Shown piece by piece: positions 1 to 16,693 of a stretch of 64,000 bases of DNA (positions are counted from its first letter, which is position 1; the number at the start of each line of letters is the position of its first letter). The notes under the pieces were generated by a model. That model did no database searches. It was not told where the DNA came from and saw only the letters and a program-made list of their open reading frames with translations. The stretch comes from the human T2T-CHM13v2.0 reference genome, Homo sapiens: the NCBI RefSeq assembly GCF_009914755.1, contig NC_060929.1; one strand, written 5' to 3'. The translations under genes were made by a program, and so were the position numbers.

Positions 1-442
<442 letters not shown>

Positions 443-815
443 TAATTTCAGGTATGTTTCTGAGAAGTTATCCATAGGTTTCACAAACACATGAAGATGT
501 GTCCATGTCATAAATATGGGTAAGGACTCCTGCTCTAAAGTCTACAGGACATTTTTAAAAAATTCTAATTGGTATAAAATTTTATTTACTTATTTATATC
601 TCATAAACACCTCTAATACCATGAAAATCTTAGTTTTTTGAGAGTAGGTTTTGGAAATAACAGTCACCTGGAGTCAAGTCTGGGAAATAAATTGGATAGC
701 TGAGTCAACAAAACAAAAGAAGAAAGGGCCATAAAATAAAATAACATGACTTTTTCTTGAATTTAATTCTTTCTTTCTCCCTAGATATAACATATCGAGA
801 TATAATATATATCTA

Positions 816-1111
<296 letters not shown>

Positions 1112-1112
1112 C

Positions 1113-1243
1113 TATATATATATATATGTGTGTGTGTATATATATGTATATATACGTGTGTATATATACATATACATACACACGTATATGTGTGTATATA
1201 CACATATATGTATATATGTATATATGTGTGTGTATATATATAT
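1113..1243. repeat. Compound (TA/TG/CA)n microsatellite
   Basis: About 130 bp of purine-pyrimidine alternation after an Alu tail. Confidence 0.95.
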
Positions 1244-1471
1244 AAAAAATTTTTGTGCCTCACTAAAGCTTTTGTGCAAGCTACTGAACTAGAAACTGGG
1301 GATACAAAGATAAAAAAAGGCATGGTCTGCCTCTAGAAGTTTATAGGGTTGGAGGAGAGTGGGAGAGGAAGGTGGGGGCTCCTAAGTAGTGGTGACCCTA
1401 CTCCATTTTTTTTTTTTTTAGATGTTCGGTCTTAGGCTAAAACTTCTGATTCATTAAAAACTTTTGTTTGT

Positions 1472-1710
1472 GCGGAAGGCCGCAGGGTCCTCTGCCTAGG
1501 AAAACCAGAGACCTTTGTTCACTTGTTTATCTGCTGACCTTCCCTCCACTATTGTCCCATGACCCTGCCAAATCCCCCTCTGTGAGAAACACCCAAGAAT
1601 TATCAATAAAAAAATAAATTAAAAAAAAAAAAAACAACAAAAACAAAAACAAAAACAAAAAAATAAATGAATAAAATAAAACAAGTACAAATTTAAACTA
1701 GAAAAAAAAA
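1472..1710 (+). mobile_element. 5'-truncated SVA (SINE-R 3' end, SVA_F-like) with a short 3' transduction
   Basis: GCGGAAGGCCGCAGGGTCCTCTGCCTAGGAAAACCAGAGACC...AAGAATTATCAATAAAAAAATAAATT plus poly-A; perfect 16-bp TSD AAAAACTTTTGTTTGT at 1456-1471 and 1711-1726. Confidence 0.92.
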
Positions 1711-2289
1711 AAAAACTTTTGTTTGTTATGTTACCTTTTGCTAACTGTAAAGTTAAAAATTTCAAGTCAGGGACTGTTTCTTCTGCTTTTGGTTCTATCT
1801 CAGGAATGTGGTAAGTAGAAGTGATGCTAAGAATTATGTCCAAAAGGTCACATCTGTTTTTGCAACTTAAATTTATTTTCTCAGAGTGGTTCTACAATTG
1901 AAGTTTTGTTTGTCAGACTGCTCACAAAAATCTGCTTACATAAGAATGTGCATTTAATATATCCTAAACAATATATATATCCTAAATGCTGTGCATAACA
2001 GTGCTTCTCTGGTTAAATGCATTCAAAGTTCTAACCCAGATGCCAACAGCTCAGAGCCTCTCTTGATAGAACACTCTTCCTGTCAAGGCTAAAATGAGAG
2101 CAGGAGAGGTTAGTTTCCATTTAACTCCCGGTAGCTGCAACAGACAAGCCTCACTCTATGTCAATGATTCTTCTGAGGTCCTGTTTTGAAGAACAAAAGC
2201 ACAAAGGACAATCTGACCTATCTTGCTTTTTTCAGTGTTAACCGCAGTGTGGATAACTTCTAAATAAGTCAGTTTATAATTAAGCAGTG

Positions 2290-3799
<1,510 letters not shown>

Positions 3800-4128
3800 T
3801 TAAACAATGAATTTAACTGTTACTCCCCGCTACCCCTCATACAATGGAGGCTACATCATGCTTGGAGCTTGTTGAAAAAAGACAGACGAGAGAAGATTAC
3901 TTGTTCAAAACATTGAGCAGCCAAATACAGGAACTCCACCAAAGTAATGAATGAAAAAGAAAGCCTGGGCTGTGTTCTTTCCATTTCAGAATTGTATTTA
4001 TTTCTCAATGGCAAGAGCTTTTGCTGTTATAAATTTATCGTGATTGGCTCTCACTAGCAATGACCAATAACTAAATAAAATAAATAATTGGCAAAAACGG
4101 AATTACAGCAGAAGATTTAGTTTTAAAG

Positions 4129-4780
<652 letters not shown>

Positions 4781-5185
4781 GTTTTCCAACGAGCCCAGCA
4801 GAGGAGGTTGGTTTTGTAGACAGAGAAGGACTGAAAAAAGCAGAAGCAAAGAACAAAAAGCAGATTGGTTATTTCAAAGTTACTTTCCTTGAAAGATGAA
4901 AGATGAGAACAGGGAAACAGAACAACAGAGAAAAAACTGATTGCTTAACATCAGGTTACTTTAGGTTACTTTTTGTTGTCAGGATTAAAAGCAGAGGAAA
5001 TTTCATTATTATGCTAAGTAAAACTAGCCTGTTTGGGAAATTTGGGTGTTATCTCTCTCCTGATTTCTCAGAAGGTCAGATAACAACTCGGTCTCAGTTT
5101 GGTAACTTGGAATTTAAGTATGAGGGACTCCATTTTGATATTTGGCCTGGTCTGTTGACCTAGTACAGGAGCTCAGTCAAAAACA
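4781..5185 (-). mobile_element. Probable ERV LTR fragment (continues leftward between Alus)
   Basis: Repeated GATTGG/GGTTAC motifs and GACTCCATTTTG typical of reversed ERV1 LTRs; subfamily uncertain. Confidence 0.4.
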
Positions 5186-5216
5186 AAATTATGAGTGCCT
5201 CAGAGTTATATGAGTG

Positions 5217-5409
5217 CCATCTCTACTAAAAATGGAAAAATTAGCCTGGCATGGTGGTGTCTGCCTGTAGTCCTAGCTACTCAGGAGGCTAGGTGAGAGG
5301 ATCACCTGAGCCCAGGATGCGGAGGTTACAGTGCACTGACATCGCACCATACCACTGCACTGTAGCCTGGGCCACAGAATGAGACCCTGCCTCAAAAAAA
5401 AAAAAAAAA
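5217..5409 (+). mobile_element. 5'-truncated AluJ-like element
   Basis: Linker, right arm and poly-A. Confidence 0.85.
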
Positions 5410-5417
5410 CCAAAACC

Positions 5418-5500
5418 ATGTATATATCTATATACAGATACATATATATACACATACACATACATATATGGATACATAATATATACATACACATATATAT
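5418..5500. repeat. Degenerate (TA/CA)n microsatellite
   Basis: Seen directly. Confidence 0.85.
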
Positions 5501-5518
5501 CCCTATGTTTTGTTTTAA

Positions 5519-6375
5519 ATCTTCAGTGATTTAAAGCAAAACCTCAGGGGAAAAGAGGGTTGCACTGTTAGAAACTTCTGCTTTAAAAATGAGAACCAGA
5601 GATGAGGTAGCACACTCTGGTCACTCTGCCCATGGTGTGGAAGCAGGCAGCCGGAGTGGCGGAGTCCATGTGTATGAAAAACACAGGCAAGCATTAGCAG
5701 TTGGTTTCAGATGGATTCCAGACAGCAGGCTGTGAATGGACCAAAGAGGAAGCTGTGACCATGGGTAGGAAGTGCCTTGTTGAGGCCCTTGCTCTGCTGG
5801 GTCTGCTTTCTGGGCTTAAAACCCAACGGGTCCATATGCTGGTGTAATAGCAGGAGGAATCTTTTTGCAGAAGTCCCTTTGCATGAGGAGGAACCAGGGA
5901 CTTTTCCAATATTTACCACATATTCTATGTAAGGTGTTACAATTACCACTCTTAGAAAGATCCATGTCTGCTTTCATTGTCTGCACCGCCAGGTGCCTCC
6001 TGGGGTGGAGAAAAATAGGGAACTATGTCTTTGCTGGGGGGTTGCTAGTTCTACTGAGGGGTGCTGGAGTTGTAGGTCTATAAGTGGAATTTAGCTTTAG
6101 GGTATAAATGAGCAAATTTGTCATCTTTCTAAATAAGACCTAGTTTAGGGATTACCCCAGAGGTTGGAGGTGGAGGAAGTAGTTGGCAACTTGCCCTGAA
6201 ATCTAGAGGTTCACAATCTGCTGACATGGACTCCGCCACTCCAGCTCCCTGCTTCGACACCATGGGCAGAGTGACCAGAGTGTGCTACCTCATCTCTGGT
6301 TCTCATCTTTAAAGCAGAAGTTTCTAACAGTGCAACCCTCTTTCCTCTGAGGTTTTGCTTTAAACCACTGAAGAT
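5519..6375. repeat. Inverted repeat: arms 5519-5671 and 6224-6375, 552-bp spacer
   Basis: Manual alignment gives 6 substitutions and 1 indel over 153 bp. Confidence 0.95.
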
Positions 6376-6466
6376 ATGGGGAGTGAAAGCAGCAGGGGCT
6401 TTCTGATGTGGTCATTAATGCTAGTCAGAGGGAGGCCTTTAATCAGAAGGCTCAAGACAGATGGGT

Positions 6467-7738
<1,272 letters not shown>

Positions 7739-8230
7739 GGCAGATGCGGGGGCATCTGCCCCAGAAGAAAGTGATTAGGAGGCTTACCCCCGCCCCCTTG
7801 CCTATGGTCACCTAGCTTCCTTGAAAATAATGTAATCGGCATCTTTGTGTATGTACATTTTTAATGTTATCAGACTTTCTTAGTGAAATGCAACCAAACC
7901 AAGCACATATTTACTTTAAAATTCCATTGAAAACCAGGTATTTAAATTGATTTTAAGAACCTTGTTAAGGAAATCAGCCTGGCTAAGGAAAATTAGTACT
8001 GCATTTTAAAAGAGTTAAGCAGATCTAACAAGACTCTAAGCTACTCTTGGACAGCTCTGCTTAGTGTCTGAGCCACCTTCCCTCAAGAACTTTGTTGAAG
8101 AGTGTTGAACGACCTTTTTGGAAGCCTTCTACTTGCAACATGAATTAAACAGCAGTTACGATCACTGGGATTAATAATGTGATGTCTGGAGCAGGTAACC
8201 CGGAATTATTAATATTATCTCTCTGTCATC

Positions 8231-9019
<789 letters not shown>

Positions 9020-9377
9020 GAGAGCACGTCTTGAGCCACCGCTTGCTACTAAGTTTCTGGGACTTGAGAAGACAGGAGAGAGCAATATTTATTTCTCAAT
9101 GTCCAGAGGGAAGTTACAAAATTTCAGTCGTATGATAAATGCTGAAGTACTTAATGCAATAAAGTCCTTCCCTATCAGAAGCTACACACACCCATGGTGG
9201 GGATAAGTTTCTGCTGAGGATTAATAGTGAAAACAGGTCTCCCTTTCAGGGTAGGAACACAGAACCATGCCTCATGTCTCCCCGTAGCTTTTAAGAGGAA
9301 GCACAATGGTTCAGAAACGCCCTTCCTTTCACCCTCACATGCAAAATGACCACTTGTTGCTTCAGAGTGTGGCTCAC

Positions 9378-9438
9378 CTCATTGTCCTGGTGATTAATCT
9401 CGCTGATGTTCGACTGTTGCAACAGGACCGTGAGGAGC
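9378..9438 (-). CDS. ANKRD55: ANKRD55 internal coding exon (61 nt, likely exon 6): LLTVLLQQSNISEINHQDNE
   Basis: Acceptor ttttccttacag|GCTCC, donor GAG|gtgagc; phase 2 in matches the previous exon and continues the ankyrin repeat (INHQDNE). Confidence 0.95.
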
Positions 9439-9790
9439 CTGTAAGGAAAAAATAGGAGAAATGGCTCAAAATAACAGGCAGTCACGGTGCTCTTGGAATC
9501 GGTATAAAAACATGACCTTAGAAAAACCGTCAGTTGAAAGACTCCAAATGAAGATGAGGGCCCTTTCCGTTTCTCTGGGAAAAAGATCCACAGAAAAGAA
9601 GCAAGAGTGTGATAGGTTAGAAGACACCTGTGTGGAGGGCTACTGTCTGCCTCTCCCACCCTCTCTTCATCTCAGCACTCCCGAGGGGCACAAGGGGATG
9701 GAGAAACTTTAGGCTCATTGTGTTCACCAGGCCTCTGTCTCCTAGCCATGCCCTTTAAGATCCAAAATCATGTAGCAATTATTATTATGA

Positions 9791-10083
9791 TTTTTTTCTT
9801 TGAGATGGAGTCTCGCTCTGTTGCCCAGGCTCGAGTGCAGTGGCACGAACTTGGCTCACTGCAAGCTCCGCCTCCCGGATTAGCACCATCCTCCTGCCTC
9901 AGCCTCCCGAGTAGCTGGGACTACAGGCGCCCCGCACCACGCCCTGCTAATTTTTTCTATTTTTTAGTAGAGACGGGGTTTCACCGTGTTAGCCAGGATG
10001 GTCTGGATCTCCTGACCTCGTGGTCCGCCCGCCTAAGCCTCCCAAAGTGCTGGGATTACAAGTGTGAGCCACCGTGCCCGGCC
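9791..10083 (-). mobile_element. AluY
   Basis: AluY diagnostics GCAAGCTCCGCCTCC and GTTAGCCAGGATGG. Confidence 0.9.
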
Positions 10084-10394
10084 ACTTATTCTTTATTCTT
10101 TATACACACATGCCTAAGCACAAGATTCACTTTATAGAAACTTACAGAGTGCTTTCGACCTGCTTCACTCCTAGCTGCATATGTCATGCCTTTTTAATGC
10201 ATAGATTATACCAGGAGGTTGTCAGTATTTGCAAGTTTGCTCATTCTTTGTAAAATACACACATGCCTAAGCACAAGATGACAGTAATCAGTGTAAAACA
10301 GCTATCAATGATTCTCAGATTCAGGCTCTTACCTGACTTGGATCTCCTGCTCAGTTGACTGAAGTCAACGCTCCATCTGGGAGAGGGGGGCAGC

Positions 10395-10625
10395 CGAGCA
10401 TAGTGGAGAGGGGCCCGGGCTCTGCAGCCAGATGGCTTGGGTTTACATCCCAGCCCTGCCACTGATGAGCTCTGTGACCTCAGGCAAGTTACTTACCTTC
10501 TTCCTGCCTAAACTTCCTCATCTGTGAGATAGGAGTGATAAAAACTACCTATCACACAGCTCAGTGTGAGGATTAAATGAGTTAATATGCATACAACATA
10601 TAGAGCATGCCTGGAACATGCTGTT
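10395..10625 (+). mobile_element. MIR
   Basis: CTGTGACCTCAGGCAAGTTACTTA...CCTCATCTGTGAGATAGG...GTGAGGATTAAATGAG. Confidence 0.75.
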
Positions 10626-11525
10626 ATTTCTAGAGTGCTTAACCCCAGAAGTTTGGACCCTGGCTCCATCTCAGAATTGCCTGGAGAGATTTTTTTTTTT
10701 TTTAAACCACAAATACCTGGACTCTGTACTCAGGGTTTCTAACTCAGTAGGTCTGGAGAAGCCCAGCTTCTACTGTTTAAAAAAAGCTATTCAGGAAATT
10801 ATGGTAAACAGCCAGGCTTGGAAACAATTGAGAAAGGTGCTGAATGAATTAATCAATGGATACTCATCAAGATGATAAAGAATAGTGTATGGGCAGTCAA
10901 TGGAGGAAATTCAGAAATTGCTTTTGGAAGAATTATTTGTAAAATGAAATTGTTTAGTCTCTTCTCCAATCAAATCTTTATCGTCTCTCAGATTGGAAGA
11001 CATCTAAAGCCCTAAGTATTAAATTGTTACTTGCAATAGAAGAAAAGAAAGATCCACTAATCATATTGCCTTAGCAGTAAATGTAATACACAGAGAGCTT
11101 AAATAGAGATGGACTTCTGGTTATTTGCGGTGGAGGTGAAATAACCAGGAAGCCTGTGGTTTCAATCTTGTTGTATCATAGTCTTTTGGGGAGCCAGGAT
11201 AATGCTGAGGTTTAATTCTGACCTCACTACTGCACGATCTGAGTTTCTGTATCTTCATGTATATCAGAGGGGTAGTAACGCAGTGGTGTAAAGGATTGAG
11301 TGATCCAACAGGCAGAAAGACCCTGGGTCACATACACTAAAGGGACAATGGCTATGACTGCATACAGTACATCTCTTTTATGCTCTCTGAATTCTAGATG
11401 TAGCCTTTGGTAGGAAGACATATAAAAATAATTGCATTTTGGGTCACACAATTTTTATCTTTGCAATTATTTCACCACTGGATATATTTCCCTGTGGCTG
11501 CTTTGTGAGTGGGGGCAGGGCTTAC

Positions 11526-11622
11526 CTTGTGACTGTGCTTCTCCTTTCTTTCTTTCCTTTCTGTCTTCTCTGGCTCATTATTGGCCATTGTTTACTCTCT
11601 AGGGCCCATTTGGTCTGAGGGA
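11526..11622 (-). other. Candidate cryptic/poison ANKRD55 exon (97 nt; 89 nt with the alternative AG)
   Basis: Branch point CTGAC about 31 nt upstream, long polypyrimidine tract, CAG acceptor, donor AAG|gtaagc. Confidence 0.5.
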
Positions 11623-12170
11623 CTGGGGGAGGAGGGAAGGGCAAGGCAGGAGGTCAGCTGTGGTCCAGTGTGGTTATCCTTGGTTACTCCTGAGCAGACA
11701 GAGATTATCTGTAGCCAGACAGGATCTTCTGGGGCTCTAACCAGATTAGAATGGGGGTAGGGAGAGCAGGACCTCTTGTCATATCCTGGGTGGCCTCCCA
11801 AGGTTGTGGGATGAACCGTGTGCCTAGATAGTTCTCTATTTGGCTTTCAAAGCCATTCTCTTCTTTATACTGCCCTGCTCTGAGGCTGACTTCTAGGGAC
11901 CGCATCAACCAGGCTCCCTTGCCCTTGGCTTCCTATCGGGTTTTGCCGATGGGGGAACTGGCAGGAGGAGGGAGAGAAGCCAGCTCCCTTTCTGGCAATA
12001 ATTGTATTTCTCTACCAAAGGCCTCAGTTCTTGCCAGGTGGCCCCTCTCCTACAGCTAAGCTACCACTGCAGCTCTCAGAAGTTTCCAGTAACAGCCCCT
12101 TCCTTGCCCCTTTAGGTCTAGAAAGTGATAACATTTTCCTGCTCTTTTGGGGAAAGTGGGGGTGGGGTAG

Positions 12171-12514
<344 letters not shown>

Positions 12515-13124
12515 TTGTTGGTCAAGTTTAAATAGTCTTTCCCTAGACTTTCTCCAGTTGCCACCCTTTAATTCCCATGTCTTCTCTGTCATGGCTGTGA
12601 CTGATATGTGATGATCTATGTGGCCCAACTCCACTTGACTGTGAAGTCTCTGAGATCCATTGATCGTCAAAGCTGGACACAAATAGACAGATCAAGGCCC
12701 TCTCCTGCATTCTTGCCCTCACTCTGGCTCTGGCTGTCTCTCATATGTTGTGAGAACAAAGAACCTGAGGCCCTTCCTGGCTTGCCAAGACCACCATACA
12801 GTGGCTCAGTGATACAGCCTGAACCAGAAACCAGGTGTCTCATTGCCAGCCTGGGACTTCCTTGCTGTTCTGTGGTATGGAGGTGACCTGCGAGATACTT
12901 GTCCAGCATCTATGTCAATTCCTAGATGATTTGCAGCCCTCTGTTGTGCTTCCCCCGAGCTCTCATTTTGTGTTACCATGGCCCAGGAGTCATTCTACAC
13001 CCCCATCAGCCAAGTTCAGACTCCCTCCTGTCCTCGGATCTCTGAGTAAGTGATGTAAGACCCATCTCATCTCAGGTGCCAGGACAGCAGGCTTGGACCC
13101 CAGCAAGAGCAGTCCCAGACAGGT

Positions 13125-13345
13125 GGTGTGTTGAGTCATAAGAGCACTGATGCTGGGGCCAGACTGCCACTGTTAGAATCCCTGCTCCATACCAACCAGC
13201 CAGTGACCTTGGGCGAGCTCCCAGTGCCTACATTTTCTTATCCATAAAATGCAGAGAATAATACCTACTTCCTCAGGATCTGTCATGACTTTGACTCCAT
13301 GCACACAAAGCACTTGGAATAGCCCTTACATGCCATAATAAAGTT
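13125..13345 (+). mobile_element. MIR
   Basis: GTGACCTTGGGC...ATAAAATGCAGAGAATAATACCTAC. Confidence 0.65.
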
Positions 13346-13351
13346 TTATAT

Positions 13352-13665
<314 letters not shown>

Positions 13666-15006
13666 TTCTATAAAATGATTAATTTTTTAATAGCTCCTAC
13701 CTTCTATTTTCTGGGTCTCCACTGATTATCATTAGGTGAATGGTGGGTCTCAGAGAAGGATCAGCTAGAAGCATCCTGGGGACAACTCATCCCTATGAGC
13801 TTTCCTGTTTCGCTGGCCCCTCTGAATGTTCCCAGCCCTGGAGCTGGCCAGCGCAGTGACAGGTGGGAAAAAATGGTCCCACAACCAGCCGTCTCCCCTT
13901 CCTGTCCCTGGAGCTGCCTGTATTAGAGTGTGCTGCAGTGAGACAAACACTGCAGGTCAGAACACACCACCTGGTAACTAGAGAACAGGACCCCAAGGAA
14001 ATGATTTTCTTCCTCCCTTGGGCTGCAGTCAAGAGTGATGAAAAGAGGCAGAGTGGCTGGCACTCTGACAGGGAGGAAAAAAAGTCTGCCAGTAGCCATG
14101 GAGACCATGAAAAAGACCTTCAGAGAGCCCCGTGGCTGCTTTCAGAGAAAATTGCTGCTTGCCTTCCAACACTAGCATGTGCAGCGTTGTACAAACACAA
14201 CTCTGTTCTCTTTGGAGCTTTGTTTTAATGATCATGCCCCCTCTTTCACACCAGCGCCCTCTGAATGTCCCAGCCAAGGAAGCAAGAAAAGCCTTGGGGA
14301 GCTGAAAGGGGGAAAACTTGGACCTGCTGAGAAGCAGAGGGTTCAAAGTAGGAAGGGGAATCATGAGAGGAAACCTGTGCATCTTTGCTTTTGTAAACCC
14401 AGTGTGCCTTCACGTTCATGATTATAAATCACTTATCCCTGCATCAGCCTCCATCCCCATTGAGCGGGTGTTTAGTTAAGGATGCAGATTCATACTGTTT
14501 GGTTTGTTCAGGAGTTGTTTCCATCTGAGCACTAAAATCCCTCTGGAGGCAAAGGACTAATTGAAGCGTCCCTTAGCTTGTTTATAAGCAGCTTCGGTTT
14601 GAGGCTTCTCTCTGAATAACCTCCAGTGAGCACCAAATAGAAGGAGCTTGCTGTTTGGAAATCTAAGTGTTAGCAGATTTTAAATCAGTATAAAAACCTG
14701 AGCACAAGGGCACTATGTGGCCTGTACATACTGTTTATGATTAGGGGAAAATGCAGACATATGCCAGTTTACAAAGGTGTGCATAGATCCACACAAACAA
14801 CACACCCCAACAACCATTGCAGTAAACCTGTGTGCCCGGCAGTAGGATGTAGGACTGCATTTACATGGGCCTGTGTCTGTGCACACATTTTTGTGGACCT
14901 GAGTGTGCTGAGGTGAAGAAGGCCAGGATGAGCACCAGTGGGGTGGCAGTAGTAGTGTTTCATTCCTTAGCTTCTTATAATGTTTATGGTGTTTCTTTCT
15001 ATCTTC

Positions 15007-15068
15007 CATCATCATCATCATTGATGACCATCAACATTATCATATCATCACGCCATCATCATCACCAT
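15007..15068. repeat. Degenerate (CAT)n repeat
   Basis: CATCATCATCATCA...CATCATCATCACCAT. Confidence 0.8.
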
Positions 15069-15194
15069 GTTCACTTTCTGAACACGGACAATGTACTAGG
15101 TGCTGAGTTCAGCGTTTCCACACATTTTCTCCTTTACTTCTGCCTACTTCCCTGTGAAGTAAGCAGGAATAATATATTTAATAGTACTTACTTC

Positions 15195-15486
15195 GCCAGG
15201 TGTGGTGGCTCACTCTTGTAATCCCAGCACTTTGGGAGGCTGAGGTGGGCGGATCACCTGAGGTTGGGAGTTCGAGACCAGCCTGACCAACATGGAGAAA
15301 CCCCATCTCTACTAAAAATACAAAATTTTCCGGGCATGGTGGTGCGTGTCTGTAATCCCAGCTACTCGGGAGGCTGAGGCAGGAGAATTGCTTGAACCCA
15401 GGAGGCGCAGTTTGTGGTAAGCCAAGATTACGCCTTTACGCTCCAGCCTGGGCAACAAGAGTGAAACTCTGTCTCAAAAAAAAAAA
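15195..15486 (+). mobile_element. AluSp-like
   Basis: CCTGACCAACATGGAGAAAC; TSD AATAGTACTTA. Confidence 0.9.
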
Positions 15487-15620
15487 TAGTACTTATTTCA
15501 AGGGGAAGCTGAGCCTTGACATGTTAACTTGCCCAAGAGAATAAGAGCTGGAGCCAGATTTAAACTCAGTCAGTCTGACTCATACTCATGAGCTGGCACT
15601 CCTGGCCACCCTTCAGGGAT

Positions 15621-15634
15621 CTTTCTTTTCTTTT

Positions 15635-15731
<97 letters not shown>

Positions 15732-15768
15732 TTCCTTCCTTCCTTCCTTCCTTCCTTCCTTCCTTCCT

Positions 15769-15801
<33 letters not shown>

Positions 15802-15847
15802 CTCTATCTTTCTCTCTTTCTTTCCTTCCTTCCTTCCTTCCTTCCTT
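15621..15847. repeat. (TTTC)n/(TTCC)n/(TC)n polypyrimidine tract
   Basis: About 227 bp, almost purely pyrimidine. Confidence 0.97.
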
Positions 15848-16129
15848 CGGGTCTTGTGCTGTCGCCCAGGTTGGATTACAGTGGCACGATCATAGCTCAC
15901 CGCAGCCTCGAACTCCTGGGCTCAAGCAATCTTCCAGTCTCAGCCTCCTGAATAGGTAGGACTACAGGAGCACACCACTATGCCTGGCTACTTTTTTAAA
16001 AAAATCATTTTTAGAAATGAGGCCTCATTATGTTGCCTAAGCTGGTCTTGAACTCCTGGCCTCAAGTTATCCTCCTGCCTCTGTCTCCCAAAGCACTAGG
16101 ATTACAGGTGTGAGCCACAATGCCTGGCC
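15848..16129 (-). mobile_element. AluJ whose tail is the 15621-15847 tract
   Basis: TSD CCTTCAGGGAT encloses both the Alu and the tract. Confidence 0.88.
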
Positions 16130-16693
16130 CCTTCAGGGATTTTAGATTGTTTTCAGACAAATATGGTGAAATAAGATAACGAGTGAAGAAACAAGACAAA
16201 GAGAAAACACGGGCAGGAAAAAAAAAGACATGATCTATAGTCCTACATGTATGCCAGAGGTGGGACACAAATTGAGTTTTGAATTTTCTAAATATATAAA
16301 GAAAGAAACATGCTCTGAAGTCACAGTGTCTGTATAGTAAAATTAAAAAAAATGATTTATCAGGAGCAGCATAGCAATTCCTTCTTCAGTAGAAATATTT
16401 CTTGTGGTTTCTCATATAGAATTTTTCGGAGGTGCTAATGAATCATGAGCCAGGAAGTTTTGTAAGACTGTTTCTTATAAGGCTTCTCAACGGAGACCAA
16501 GGGCTTAATGTCAAAATATGGCCATTAAAATAAATTCGGTTTCTACTTTAAACATTTAATGCAGATGTATCAAACTCTGCCATGGACCTAAAATTTCTCA
16601 AACAACTATAAAATATGTAATTTTAACAATGTAATTCCATAGGGAATCCTTTAGGGTGGACTAGTTTCCAATATTCTGTAGGTAACCAAACTA

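Noticed and set aside
1472-1620. Possible second LTR5 fragment
   Set aside because: It has the SINE-R deletion junction, poly-A and a 16-bp TSD, so it is an SVA rather than an LTR.
5519-6375. Inverted repeat interpreted as MITE/DNA-transposon TIRs
   Set aside because: No TSD, no recognisable terminal motif and no transposase remnant; 95% arm identity is also high for the mostly old primate DNA transposons.
15588-15959. FLSF / KKER low-complexity ORFs
   Set aside because: Translations of the (TTTC)n tract.
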